From an uncultured Alphaproteobacteria bacterium (GTDB taxonomy: Bacteria; Pseudomonadota; Alphaproteobacteria; Rs-D84; CACZYB01): DNA of 32,000 nucleotides. The stretch is from the NCBI GenBank assembly GCA_934246625.1, contig CAKQHZ010000001.1, positions 616,223 through 648,222 of the forward strand, read 5' to 3'. Of this stretch, positions 16,049 to 25,303 are shown piece by piece. Each line of letters opens with the position of its first letter. The first letter of the stretch is position 1. Under the pieces are notes generated by a model, which saw only the letters and a list, made by a program, of their open reading frames with translations, had not been told where the DNA came from and did no database searches. The position numbers were made by a program, and so were the translations under genes.

Positions 16049-16795
16049 TTGTTGAAATTTTTCTTATTTCTTAGCATTTCAAATATAGCAATGGCGAATG
16101 AAATTTTTGACAATGAAAATATTAAAAAACTTGATAGTGCTGTATCAAATATTGTTAATGAAGTAAAAAATCGTTATCCAGAAGATAGTTCTGAACTTAA
16201 TTTTACCGATGACATTCAGGATCAAACAAAACTTAGTATTATCCGCACAATATTGGCAAAAAATATATACAATGAATATAAAGAAAAATTTATTCAGGAA
16301 GTGCAAAACAAGTCGGATTCAAGTGGGCGGACATTAAAAAAGACCATTGATGGAAATTACACTGTTTATTCATTAAAAGGTGGTGAAAAAGATTGCTTTA
16401 CAGACAACTTGGGTAATGAAATTTGCGACCAAGATTCAAATGTTGAATTTGTGTTGTTGGAAGTACATGAAGAAAAGGACGGTGATAATTTTTCAGGAGA
16501 CCTTTGGTATATGACACAAGATAAGGAAAACCAAAAAGCAAAGACTTATGATGTTGTGGCTGAATTTAATACAAAAGGAAATGCCAGTGATTCAACATTG
16601 GTGATTAGCGAGCATGTTATGGATTTATCTGATGCACAGGCGATGTTAAAAAATGATTATGAACAAGAAAAATTTACAAAAAAATATCATTCTAGAAACT
16701 ATCCAAAATCACTTCAATATACGATAAAATCAGGTGAAATTAGTTCCTTTAGCTACGACGAAGTTGAAGAGGGAAATTTTGGAGAAATAAGATGA
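16049..16795 (+). CDS. Secreted hypothetical protein (start uncertain)
   Basis: The TTG start at 16049 gives a Sec-like leader MLKFFLFLSISNIAMA/NE but has no RBS. The frame is open back to 15956 and would be joined to ATG 15939 by a +1 G change. The stop overlaps the next start (ATGA). Confidence 0.6.
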   Translation: MLKFFLFLSISNIAMANEIFDNENIKKLDSAVSNIVNEVKNRYPEDSSELNFTDDIQDQTKLSIIRTILAKNIYNEYKEKFIQEVQNKSDSSGRTLKKTIDGNYTVYSLKGGEKDCFTDNLGNEICDQDSNVEFVLLEVHEEKDGDNFSGDLWYMTQDKENQKAKTYDVVAEFNTKGNASDSTLVISEHVMDLSDAQAMLKNDYEQEKFTKKYHSRNYPKSLQYTIKSGEISSFSYDEVEEGNFGEIR

Positions 16796-17871
16796 AAAAA
16801 GTTTCAATATTAGTTTTGGTAAGTTTTATTTTTAATTGTGGTGAGGCTTTTTCTTCACCAAGAAATTCAAGGGTAAGAGCCTCCGGTGGAAGACGTGCCT
16901 TTGTCCGTAGTGTGGGAAGTGAAAATGCTGGCGGTGTTGCCGTTCAAACTTCGACAGAGGAAACTGTATCTGCTTCTTCTACCTTTGATGCTGATATTTC
17001 GATTTCTGGGGAGAAGGTAAATACCGTGGAGGTTCGTGAAAAAATTGCCAACCTTCAACAAAAAATTTCTGAAGTTCGTTCCGAATGTTCTGGCATTAAA
17101 AAGGACCTTGATACAATATTCGGTTTCACGACTGCAACCACTGCTACCTCTGGTCTTGGTGGTGTTGCGTCTGGTGGTGCTTTGGTAACTGGAATTATAA
17201 AGGTGAAAACGGATAAGAAATTGGAGGACCTTTCCAAACTTTCGTCCGTTGATTTGTATAATTATGCCCTATCGTTGGAAAATGAGGAAAAGAAAACAAA
17301 ATTTGAAAAGAAATCCAAAACTTTGGGAAATGTCAGAACCGGACTTATGGCAGGTGCGACGGTGACAAGTGTTGTTTCAACCGGAACCTCAATTGGGGCA
17401 ACTGTGAATGCTGATAAACTTGCGAAAAAGATGTCTGATTGCAACCAAAAATTGTATGAATTGAAAATTGCAAAATCGGAATTGGATTCCCTTGAATCAA
17501 CCGACAAATCGGCGGTTGAGGTTGGCGAAAATGCAACCAAAATTTTAAGTGTTTGCACTGGATACAATAAAAACAATATAGATACTACTGTGAAGAATAA
17601 AATGATTGCCTCTGCAATCATCTCTGGTATTGGAACTGCAACTGGTGCAACGGGAACGATTACTTCCGCGATGGCTAATTCAAAGAAAGTTCGCGAAGAC
17701 GACAGTGTTAAGGGGCAAAAGAAAGAGAAAAACTTGAACCTTACTGCAAACATTATGGCTGGAATCACGACTGGAACAAGTTTGTCAACTACGGTTATAA
17801 GTGCCACTGCTATTGCCGATGCCCAAAAAGACAGTAAGATGGCAGAGAAATGTGAGGCAGTGTTGAAGTAA
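16792..17871 (+). CDS. Secreted protein with four Gly/Thr/Ala-rich glycine-zipper-like segments
   Basis: GGAG RBS 7 nt upstream and signal peptide MKKVSILVLVSFIFNCGEAFS. The four segments are TSGLGGVASGGALVTGII, GLMAGATVTSVVSTGTSIGATV, ASAIISGIGTATGATGTITSAMA and NIMAGITTGTSLSTTVISATAIA. They are separated by charged, coiled-coil-like spacers, each with a single Cys. Confidence 0.75.
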   Translation: MKKVSILVLVSFIFNCGEAFSSPRNSRVRASGGRRAFVRSVGSENAGGVAVQTSTEETVSASSTFDADISISGEKVNTVEVREKIANLQQKISEVRSECSGIKKDLDTIFGFTTATTATSGLGGVASGGALVTGIIKVKTDKKLEDLSKLSSVDLYNYALSLENEEKKTKFEKKSKTLGNVRTGLMAGATVTSVVSTGTSIGATVNADKLAKKMSDCNQKLYELKIAKSELDSLESTDKSAVEVGENATKILSVCTGYNKNNIDTTVKNKMIASAIISGIGTATGATGTITSAMANSKKVREDDSVKGQKKEKNLNLTANIMAGITTGTSLSTTVISATAIADAQKDSKMAEKCEAVLK

Positions 17872-17899
17872 GAAACTGTCATTTATTGGTAAAAAATAA

Positions 17900-17935
17900 A
17901 GGTCAGATGTTAATGCTCTGGCCTTTAAAATTTTA
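17900..17935 (+). terminator. Putative terminator of the secreted-protein operon
   Basis: AGGTCAGA (17900-17907) pairs with TCTGGCCT (17917-17924) with one G-U pair, followed by ttaaaatttt. Confidence 0.5.
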
Positions 17936-17993
17936 TGTAATGATATTATCATATATGTAATATTTTTTATTCTTTTAAATAATATTTTAACTT

Positions 17994-18027
17994 AAAAAAA
18001 ATCCCCCAGTTATGCCGAGGGATTTTT
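17994..18027. terminator. Bidirectional hairpin terminator (best fit for the minus-strand HTH gene)
   Basis: A7 (17994-18000), ATCCC (18001-18005) pairing with GGGAT (18019-18023), then T4. Read on the minus strand, the hairpin is followed by T7. Confidence 0.55.
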
Positions 18028-18112
18028 ATAAATAAAAACCATAGAGAAAAATATCTTTTATTTGCATTAAATTAAAGAGATAGCGTCGAGCCTCCTTCTT
18101 ACTACAGAAAAA

Positions 18113-18346
18113 TTACCCCTCTAAATATTTAGAGAATTGCTCCCAGGAAAGGTTTGTCGCCCTCATAACCTTACAAATACTCTCCGTAGATGGCCATCTG
18201 AATTTGCCACTAGGATAAAACCTTTTACTCTTATTAAATGCTGTAGCATCAAGACCTGCCTTTTTAGCCAAAGCAGAAACAGAAATACCGTTTATGTATG
18301 CAATCTTGTCAATAGTCCCCCAGATTTTAGAATGTTCTGTATCCAT
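18113..18346 (-). CDS. Cro/CI-type HTH protein (phage-repressor N-terminal-domain-like, 77 aa)
   Basis: The internal ATG at 18346 with AAGGAG 7 nt upstream is preferred over the listed 18433 start. The sequence IWGTIDKIAYINGISVSALAKKAGLDATAFNKSKRFYPSGKFRWPSTESICKVMRATN resembles the HTH domain of alphaproteobacterial phage-repressor/S24-type regulators. There is no peptidase domain. Confidence 0.7.
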   Translation of the reverse strand: MDTEHSKIWGTIDKIAYINGISVSALAKKAGLDATAFNKSKRFYPSGKFRWPSTESICKVMRATNLSWEQFSKYLEG

Positions 18347-18493
18347 AACACAACTCCTTTGATTATAACTCTCTCTTACGACAATCTCATACAATATATT
18401 ACAACTTATACTAGAAAATAAAAAGAAATACAAGAGGAAGATATTCTTATCGTGGGGGATAAGAAAATACTTTGTTGAAATTTTAATAATTAT

Positions 18494-18730
18494 TTAGATG
18501 ATTTTTTTCTTTTTTTTAGTTTGTCTTTGAGATTCATTTTGTTCTTTTTCATCAGATACAGCCCAAACAAGACTTATTACCCAAAAGAAAAAAGTCCAAC
18601 CCAAAAATAGATTTAATACAAATATTCCAAAAAAATGTTTCTTTTTATATGCAAAAATTGCTGGAATAAAATAGATAAGTGAAAAAATTATTAAAATTAT
18701 AAGTGCTAAGATTACTTCAATTACGTTCAT
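18494..18730 (-). CDS. Superinfection-immunity (Imm)-family-like small membrane protein
   Basis: Two TM helices, with YFIPAIFAYKKKHFFGIFVLNLFLGWTFFFWVISLVWAV matching the Imm_superinfect pattern (P..IA....H...I..N...GWT..GW...L.WA). Confidence 0.65.
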   Translation of the reverse strand: MNVIEVILALIILIIFSLIYFIPAIFAYKKKHFFGIFVLNLFLGWTFFFWVISLVWAVSDEKEQNESQRQTKKKKKII

Positions 18731-18759
18731 TTATAATTCTCTGTTTTTTAACTTTTTTT

Positions 18760-18835
18760 TGGTGGGTGATTGGGGATTTGAACCCCAGACCCACTGATTA
18801 AGAGTCAGTTGCTCTACCAACTGAGCTAATCACCC
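18760..18835 (-). tRNA. tRNA-Lys (anticodon CUU), CCA encoded
   Basis: The reverse complement folds as GGGTGAT-TA-GCTC-AGTTGGTA-GAGC-A-ACTGA-CTCTTAA-TCAGT-GGGTC-TGGGG-TTCAAAT-CCCCA-ATCACCC-A-CCA (76 nt). Confidence 0.9.
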
Positions 18836-18985
18836 ACAAAAGATGTAATAAGTATAAATGCTTTTATTTTAAATTTCAAGAAGATATTTTGTTTTATTTG
18901 CTTCTTTTTGTTTTTATGTTGATTTTTCGGTGATTTTTTGCTATCTATTATATAATTTTAATTATTTCAGAGTAGGGGTTAAATA

Positions 18986-19933
18986 GTGAAAAGTAATCCA
19001 AAAGTGTCAATCGTTGTTCCTGTATATAAAGTTGAAAAATATATTCATTTATGTATGAAAACTTTGCTTAACCAAACATTAAAGGATATTGAGATAATTT
19101 TGGTTGATGATGGTTCGCCAGATAATTGTGGAAAAATTTGTGATGATTATGCAAAACTTGATAATCGTGTAAAAGTTGTTCATCAAACAAATGGTCGTCA
19201 AGGTAAGGCAAGAAATAATGGTGTTAAATTTGCCACAGGAGAATATATAGGATTTGTTGATAGTGATGATTGGGTTGATGTTAAAATGTATGAGGAACTT
19301 TATACAAAGGCAAAATCCACAAATGCAGATATAGTTATGTGTGATTATTTTAGAACAAAGGCGATGGGTGAAAAGCCAACTTCTTATAAATCAAAAATTG
19401 ATAAAGTTTTTTTGGAAAAAGATGTTTTTAATGTTAAAAATTTAAGTGCTTCACCATCAAGAAAATCATTTTTTTCAATAGTTGTATGTTGGAATAAAAT
19501 TTTTAAACGAGATTTTTATTTGAAAAATGTGAAGTTCCCAGAAAATTTAATTTTTGAAGATAGTCCGCCTATGTTTTTTGCATTTGCAAAGGCAGATAGG
19601 ATTTCTGTGGTGGATAAAAAACTTTATTTTTACAGAATTTCTAATCAAAATAGTATGTCTTTGTCAAGTGATAAAAAAGTTTTGGATTTGTTAAAAATTC
19701 TGAAATTAAATCTTGATAATTTGAATATTCTAGATTATAATTTGCTACGAAAAACTGTAATATCATCTTTGATTCGTGATGCAGTGCATAAATTGAAACG
19801 ACTTGAAGGTGATGTGAAACAACAATATATCTTTGGACTTAGAGATATTGTTGAAAAAATAAAACAAATGAATTTATATGACTATATTACTTTGAAAGAT
19901 AAAGTCAGGTTATGGTTTTATCTTTATTTTTAG
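18986..19933 (+). CDS. Family 2 glycosyltransferase (GT-A)
   Basis: VSIVVPVYKVEKYI, ILVDDGSPD and FVDSDDW motifs. A GTG start is required to include the first beta-strand. Confidence 0.85.
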   Translation: MKSNPKVSIVVPVYKVEKYIHLCMKTLLNQTLKDIEIILVDDGSPDNCGKICDDYAKLDNRVKVVHQTNGRQGKARNNGVKFATGEYIGFVDSDDWVDVKMYEELYTKAKSTNADIVMCDYFRTKAMGEKPTSYKSKIDKVFLEKDVFNVKNLSASPSRKSFFSIVVCWNKIFKRDFYLKNVKFPENLIFEDSPPMFFAFAKADRISVVDKKLYFYRISNQNSMSLSSDKKVLDLLKILKLNLDNLNILDYNLLRKTVISSLIRDAVHKLKRLEGDVKQQYIFGLRDIVEKIKQMNLYDYITLKDKVRLWFYLYF

Positions 19934-19962
19934 TTTTATAAGTTGCTTAAGAAAGGTTGTAA

Positions 19963-20433
19963 ATGTCAAAATATTATATCGTATCAGGTGGATTTGATCC
20001 TATACACGAAGGTCATGTTGAAAATATAATTGAAAGTCGTGAAAATTCAGATGGTGTGATTGCTCTTGTAAATAGTGATGCTTGGTTAGTTCGTAAAAAG
20101 GGTAAAAACTTTATGAACTTTCATACAAGAAAAACTATTGTTGAAAATATAAAGGGTGTTATTGAAGTTATTTCTTTTAATGATGATGATGGAAGTTGTT
20201 GTGATGGACTTAGAAAAGTTCGTGCAAAATATCCAAATGATGAGTTGGTGTTTGCAAAGGGTGGTGATAGAACTGCTGATAATATTCCTGAAATTCCTGT
20301 ATGTAAAGAATGTAATATTGAAATAAAGTATAATGTTGGTTATACAGTTTCAGGCAAACAAAAACCAAATAGCTCTTCTTGGTTATTAAAGGAATGGGAA
20401 AATAGAAATTCTGATAATAAGAAAAGTGAATAG
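19963..20433 (+). CDS. HldC/RfaE-domain-II-like sugar-phosphate nucleotidyltransferase (cytidylyltransferase superfamily)
   Basis: SGGFDPIHEGH (HxGH), VIALVNSDAWLVRKKG, VISFNDDD and KGGDRTADNIPE parallel the heptose-1-phosphate adenylyltransferase domain (NGCFDILHAGH, VAVNSDAS..RLKG, VVSFEED, KGGDY). Confidence 0.75.
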   Translation: MSKYYIVSGGFDPIHEGHVENIIESRENSDGVIALVNSDAWLVRKKGKNFMNFHTRKTIVENIKGVIEVISFNDDDGSCCDGLRKVRAKYPNDELVFAKGGDRTADNIPEIPVCKECNIEIKYNVGYTVSGKQKPNSSSWLLKEWENRNSDNKKSE

Positions 20434-20436
20434 TTT

Positions 20437-21630
20437 ATGAAAAAAATAAAAATCCTTTTTGATGGTCAGTTGCTCGCAAAGGCTTTTATTCAAAAGCAAA
20501 CTGGAATTTTTCGTGTTTGTGATGAGCTTTTTAGACGACTTGCTATAAGAGATGATGTCGAATTATATTTTTTAATGACAAATAAAAAGGGTAATCCAAA
20601 ACAATATTTAGAAAATAGGGGATTTGCAAATCTTATCCCAAATATTGTGTGGATGCCAAAGTTATTAAAATCATCAAAACATCATTCTTTATACAGAAGG
20701 ATTTTTTATTATATTTATAATCTTGTTTTACCATTTACTTATGGTAAAAAATTAAAACAATTTGATTGGTATTTGTCACCGTCTACAGGAATTCCTCCTG
20801 TGGTAAAAAAAAGTGGGTTGAAATCTGCTTGTATAGTTTATGATATTATTCCTTTGTTATATCCTGATTATGCAAAGGTGTATAATTTAAAACGAAAAAG
20901 TGTTGAAAATTATATCAATGATATTGATGCTGATGTTGTATTTTTTGATTCAAAATCTGCAAGAGATGATTTTTTAAGATTTAGAGGTAATTTTGATTTC
21001 AAAAAAACAAGAATTATGTATTTGGGTGCAGATGATGTATTTGCTCCTAAATCACAAGATGAAATTGAAAAGTCATTGAAAAAATATAATGTGCCGAATA
21101 AGCCTTATTTGCTTTGTGTTAGTGAAGCAAATCCAAGAAAAAATTTTGCACATGTTATAAAATCTTTTGTTAAGTATTTGGAAAAATCAAAGGATAAGAA
21201 TTTGAATTTGGTAATCGTTGGTAAAAAATTACCTCATTATGACTATACAAAAGATGGTGTAAATTTAGATAAATATAAAAATCGTATTATCATTACTGGA
21301 TATGTTGATGATGCAGATTTGCCAAACCTTTATAGTGGTGCAAAAATATTTATGTATCCAAGTTTGTATGAAGGTTTCGGCCTTCCTGTATTAGAAGCAA
21401 TGAAATCTGGTGTGCCAGTTATAACTGCGGATAATTCATCACTTCCAGAAGTTGGTGGAGATGCAGTTTTATATGTATCTGGTTTTGATGAAGATGAAAC
21501 TTCAGAGGCAATTTCCAAACTTTTGAATGATGAAAGTTTGATAAAGGCATTGAAATCTAAAGAAGTAAAACAAGTAAAATTGTTTTCTTGGGATAATGCC
21601 GTAAATACAATTATGAAAGAATTAAAATAA
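20437..21630 (+). CDS. GT4-family glycosyltransferase
   Basis: C-terminal [36 protein letters not shown] (EX7E motif). Confidence 0.85.
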   Translation: MKKIKILFDGQLLAKAFIQKQTGIFRVCDELFRRLAIRDDVELYFLMTNKKGNPKQYLENRGFANLIPNIVWMPKLLKSSKHHSLYRRIFYYIYNLVLPFTYGKKLKQFDWYLSPSTGIPPVVKKSGLKSACIVYDIIPLLYPDYAKVYNLKRKSVENYINDIDADVVFFDSKSARDDFLRFRGNFDFKKTRIMYLGADDVFAPKSQDEIEKSLKKYNVPNKPYLLCVSEANPRKNFAHVIKSFVKYLEKSKDKNLNLVIVGKKLPHYDYTKDGVNLDKYKNRIIITGYVDDADLPNLYSGAKIFMYPSLYEGFGLPVLEAMKSGVPVITADNSSLPEVGGDAVLYVSGFDEDETSEAISKLLNDESLIKALKSKEVKQVKLFSWDNAVNTIMKELK

Positions 21631-21654
21631 TAATAAAAACGAAAGGTTATAAAA

Positions 21655-22692
21655 ATGTCAAATCAAAAAACTGCGATTATTACAGGAATTACAGGTCAAG
21701 ATGGTGGATATCTTGCAAAATTATTGTTGTCAAAGGGTTATAAAGTTATTGGACTTTATCGTCGTGGTGCAACAGATACATTTGTTAAATTAAAGGAACA
21801 TGGAATTTTAGATCAAATTGAAATGGTTGAATTTGATTTGTTAGAGTTCACAAATATTTGCCGTGTTATTAAAAAATATCAACCAGATGAATTTTATAAT
21901 TTGGCAGCTCAATCTTTTGTTGGTATTAGCTTTGAAGAACCTATCTATACATCTCAAGCTGATGGTATGGGTGTTCTTTATATTTTGGAAGCAATTCGTG
22001 AATTTTCTCCTAAAACAAAATTTTATCAAGCATCTACATCAGAAATGTTTGGTAAAGTTCAAGAAATTCCACAAACTGAAAAAACTCCATTTTATCCAAG
22101 AAGCCCTTATGGTGTTGCAAAACTTATGGCTCATTGGATGACTGTAAATTATCGTGAAAGTTTTGGTATTTACACTTGTTCAGGTATTTTGTTTAATCAC
22201 GAATCACCTATGAGAGGTAAAGAATTCGTTACACGTAAAATTACATCTCATTTCGCTGAAATCTTTACAGGTCATACAGATAAACCTGTTGAACTTGGCA
22301 ACCTTAATTCAAAACGTGATTGGGGTTTTTCAGGTGATTATGTTGAAATGATGTGGCTTATGCTTCAACAAGAAAAGGGTGATACTTATGTTATCGCAAC
22401 AAATGAAACACATACAATCCGTGAATTTGTTGAAGAAGTTGCAAAAGTTTGCGGTTGGGATATTGAATGGAAAGGCGAAGGTGTTGACGAAGTTGGTGTT
22501 GATAAAAAGACTGGTAAAGTCCTTGTAAAAGTTAATCCAAAATTCTATCGTCCTGCAGAAGTTGAACTTTTGATTGGTAATCCAGAAAAAGCAGAAAAGA
22601 CTTTGGGTTGGAAACGTAAAGTTGACTATAAGGGTCTTTGCAAAATGATGATGGAAAAGGATATTGAAAGAGCAAAAGAAGGAACTCTTTAA
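21655..22692 (+). CDS. gmd: GDP-mannose 4,6-dehydratase
   Basis: AIITGITGQDGGYLAKLLLSKGY, FYQASTSEMFG, SPYGVAKL, GILFNHESPMRG and KRDWGF are classical Gmd motifs. Confidence 0.92.
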   Translation: MSNQKTAIITGITGQDGGYLAKLLLSKGYKVIGLYRRGATDTFVKLKEHGILDQIEMVEFDLLEFTNICRVIKKYQPDEFYNLAAQSFVGISFEEPIYTSQADGMGVLYILEAIREFSPKTKFYQASTSEMFGKVQEIPQTEKTPFYPRSPYGVAKLMAHWMTVNYRESFGIYTCSGILFNHESPMRGKEFVTRKITSHFAEIFTGHTDKPVELGNLNSKRDWGFSGDYVEMMWLMLQQEKGDTYVIATNETHTIREFVEEVAKVCGWDIEWKGEGVDEVGVDKKTGKVLVKVNPKFYRPAEVELLIGNPEKAEKTLGWKRKVDYKGLCKMMMEKDIERAKEGTL

Positions 22693-22693
22693 T

Positions 22694-23989
22694 ATGAAAC
22701 GCAAAATTATTTTTGATGCAACTGTGCTTATTAATATGGTTAATGCAAATTCTTCAAGAAGTGGAATTTGCTTAGCTGTATATAATATTTTGGTGCAGTT
22801 GTGTCAAAGTAATTGTGATATGTATCTTTATACTCCTGATAAAAAGCATTTGGGAAGAATTTTATATTTGATGGATGAAGATAAACATTTATCAAATTGT
22901 AAATTGCTTGGTAAGGGAGTTGTTACCTATTGTCTTTTGAAACTTGAAAAATACAGATGTTTGTTGAAATGTTCAAAGCATTTTGGTTTTGTAAGACATT
23001 TTTTAAGTTTGCCACTTTTGTTTGTGCGAATACTTAAATCATTAAAACTTGATATTGGGTCAAAGATAGATTTTTCAAAGTTTGATGTTTATATTTCACC
23101 TGTGGAATGGTTTCCTGAATATATTGAACATCTTGATAATTTGGAAAAATATATAATTTTGTATGATACAATTCCTTTGACTTTTAGAAAGTTTTTTGAT
23201 TCCTATCCAAAGGATTTTTGGTATTATAAAATGGTTGAAAAGTTAGATGAAAAGACTAAGGCTTTTGCGATTAGTCAGTCTACTAAAAATGACTTTTTAA
23301 AATATTGTCCGAAAATGAAGGCTGAAAATATTACGGTTATTCCTTTGGCTACAAATGATAATTTTTATAAGTGTAATGATAAGGCAAAAATTATTACAAC
23401 AAAGAAAAAGTATAATATCCCATTGGATAAAAAATATATTTTTTCTTTGTGCACTATTGAACCACGAAAAAATTTGCTTTTCGCAATTAAGAATTTTTTA
23501 AAGTTTATTGATAAAAATAATATTAACGATTTTATATTCGTTTTGGGTGGTGGTCATTGGGATGCGTTTCTTTCTCAATTTAAAGAAGAAGTTGGTAATA
23601 TTGAAAAATATAAGGATAAAATTGTTCGTATCGGATATGTCGATGATGAGGATTTATCTGCTCTTTATTCTGACGCATTTTGTTTCGTATATCCAAGTTT
23701 GTATGAAGGATTTGGACTTCCTCCTTTGGAAGCAATGAAGTGTGGGGCTCCTGTGATTACATCTGATGTGTCTTCTTTACCAGAGGTAGTTGGTGATGAT
23801 GCGATTAAAATCAATCCAAAAGATGATGTCGCTTTGCAAAATGCCTATAAAAAATTGTATGAAAATGAAGAGTTAAGAGTTGATTTGGCAAATCGTGGAT
23901 TAAAGCGTGCGGAATTATTTTCTTGGAAAAAAACGGCGGATATTATAGTTGATAAAATTGATTTTGATTTGAAAAAGAAAAATCCTTAA
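22694..23989 (+). CDS. GT4-family glycosyltransferase
   Basis: [37 protein letters not shown]. The ATG at 22694, 1 nt after the gmd stop, is preferred over the listed 22664 start. Confidence 0.85.
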   Translation: MKRKIIFDATVLINMVNANSSRSGICLAVYNILVQLCQSNCDMYLYTPDKKHLGRILYLMDEDKHLSNCKLLGKGVVTYCLLKLEKYRCLLKCSKHFGFVRHFLSLPLLFVRILKSLKLDIGSKIDFSKFDVYISPVEWFPEYIEHLDNLEKYIILYDTIPLTFRKFFDSYPKDFWYYKMVEKLDEKTKAFAISQSTKNDFLKYCPKMKAENITVIPLATNDNFYKCNDKAKIITTKKKYNIPLDKKYIFSLCTIEPRKNLLFAIKNFLKFIDKNNINDFIFVLGGGHWDAFLSQFKEEVGNIEKYKDKIVRIGYVDDEDLSALYSDAFCFVYPSLYEGFGLPPLEAMKCGAPVITSDVSSLPEVVGDDAIKINPKDDVALQNAYKKLYENEELRVDLANRGLKRAELFSWKKTADIIVDKIDFDLKKKNP

Positions 23990-24004
23990 TGAAAGGAAAT
24001 TTAT

Positions 24005-25303
24005 ATGCCTAAGTTTTTATTAAACCTTTTGTGTGCATTTATCCCAAGTAAAAAAGGTCGTGATTATATAAGGTCTTTGTTTATTAAAACAGTTGAAGTA
24101 AAGGAAAAATTTCCTTTGTTTGTTGTTGATAGTAATCATTTGCAAAGAAAAAATTTTACACCGAAAAATAAAAAAATCTTGCTTATCAATCATACGAATT
24201 TTTTAAAAAACAATGCTGGCAATAATGTGTATTTGTTTAACATTGTGAAAATTTTGAAAAAAATGGGTTATAGTATTGATTTTTTATCATCTGAAAAATT
24301 TATTCCTGATGATTATAAGGATTTTAACAAACTTAATAAACAATATAAATTTATAGATAATTTTTATTTGGCTCCGTTTAATGAAGTGGCTATTAAATAT
24401 CCTTATTCAATGGTATCATGGGTTGATGATGATTTGATTGATTTGTTTCAACGTGTGATTTCGGAAAATGATTATTCCTATATTTTTTCAAATTATATAA
24501 ATTTTTCTGATTTGTTTAGGTTTTCAAATGTGCCTGAGGATACAAAGATTGTGAATATTTTTCATGATTTTAATACTATGCAAATGTTTTTTGTAAATAA
24601 TGATTATAATGAAATTTCAAAGCATTTTGAATATGAAGTTAAGTTGTTGCAATATTATGATGATGTTTTGTGTATATCTTATGATGAAAAATATTTATTT
24701 GAAAAGTTTTATCCAAATAAAAGGTTTTATTGGTTGCCTTTTTTTACAAATAAAAAATCAGTTTCAAATTCCAAAAAAGATATAGATTTGTTGTTTGTCG
24801 GTTTTTCAAATATCTATAACTATAATTCTGTGGTATGGTTTTATGAAAATGTGTATAAGCATTTGAAAAATGTTAGTGTGTCTGTTTGTGGTAAGGTTTG
24901 TGTGATGTTAAAGCAAAATAATCCAGAACTTTATTCAAAAATGGTTAATGATAATATCAAGTTTTATGATTGGGTTGATGATTTAAGTAGTATGTATAAA
25001 CGTGCCAAAATTGCAATAGTGCCAATGTTTGGTGGAACTGGGCTTAAAGTTAAAACTGTGGAGGCTATGTCATACGGACTTCCTGTTGTGGGAACGATGT
25101 CTGCATGTGATGGTTTTATGGATAAAAGTGAAAATGGTTGTTTGCTTAGCGATAATCCTTTGACTTTTGCAAGTAATATTAAAAAACTTCTTAAAAATGA
25201 AAAATTTTATAGTGATGTGTTTGATAAAACAACTTTATATTTTAAAAATAATTTTTCAGAAAAAAATGCTGAGAAAATATTAAAGGAGGTCTTAGATGGC
25301 TAA
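24005..25303 (+). CDS. Glycosyltransferase, GT1/GT4-like C-terminal domain
   Basis: VPMFGGTGLKVKTVEAMSYGLPVVGT. N-terminal basic/hydrophobic tail LLCAFIPSKKGRDYIRSLF. AGGA RBS. Confidence 0.7.
   Translation: MPKFLLNLLCAFIPSKKGRDYIRSLFIKTVEVKEKFPLFVVDSNHLQRKNFTPKNKKILLINHTNFLKNNAGNNVYLFNIVKILKKMGYSIDFLSSEKFIPDDYKDFNKLNKQYKFIDNFYLAPFNEVAIKYPYSMVSWVDDDLIDLFQRVISENDYSYIFSNYINFSDLFRFSNVPEDTKIVNIFHDFNTMQMFFVNNDYNEISKHFEYEVKLLQYYDDVLCISYDEKYLFEKFYPNKRFYWLPFFTNKKSVSNSKKDIDLLFVGFSNIYNYNSVVWFYENVYKHLKNVSVSVCGKVCVMLKQNNPELYSKMVNDNIKFYDWVDDLSSMYKRAKIAIVPMFGGTGLKVKTVEAMSYGLPVVGTMSACDGFMDKSENGCLLSDNPLTFASNIKKLLKNEKFYSDVFDKTTLYFKNNFSEKNAEKILKEVLDG

Noticed and set aside
17262-17882. 206-aa ORF on the minus strand (plus 16867-17061, 17055-17237 and 17345-17536)
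   Set aside because: These are antisense shadow ORFs inside the 359-aa Gly/Thr/Ala-rich gene. They have no RBS, and their composition is explained by the sense-strand codon bias. The sense ORF has an RBS, a signal peptide and translational coupling.
18444-18463. Inverted repeat TCTTATC-gtgggg-GATAAGA between the Imm-like and HTH genes, as a terminator or operator
   Set aside because: The stem is only 7 bp and no T-run follows on the relevant strand. It could be an operator for the HTH protein, but the evidence is too thin to annotate.
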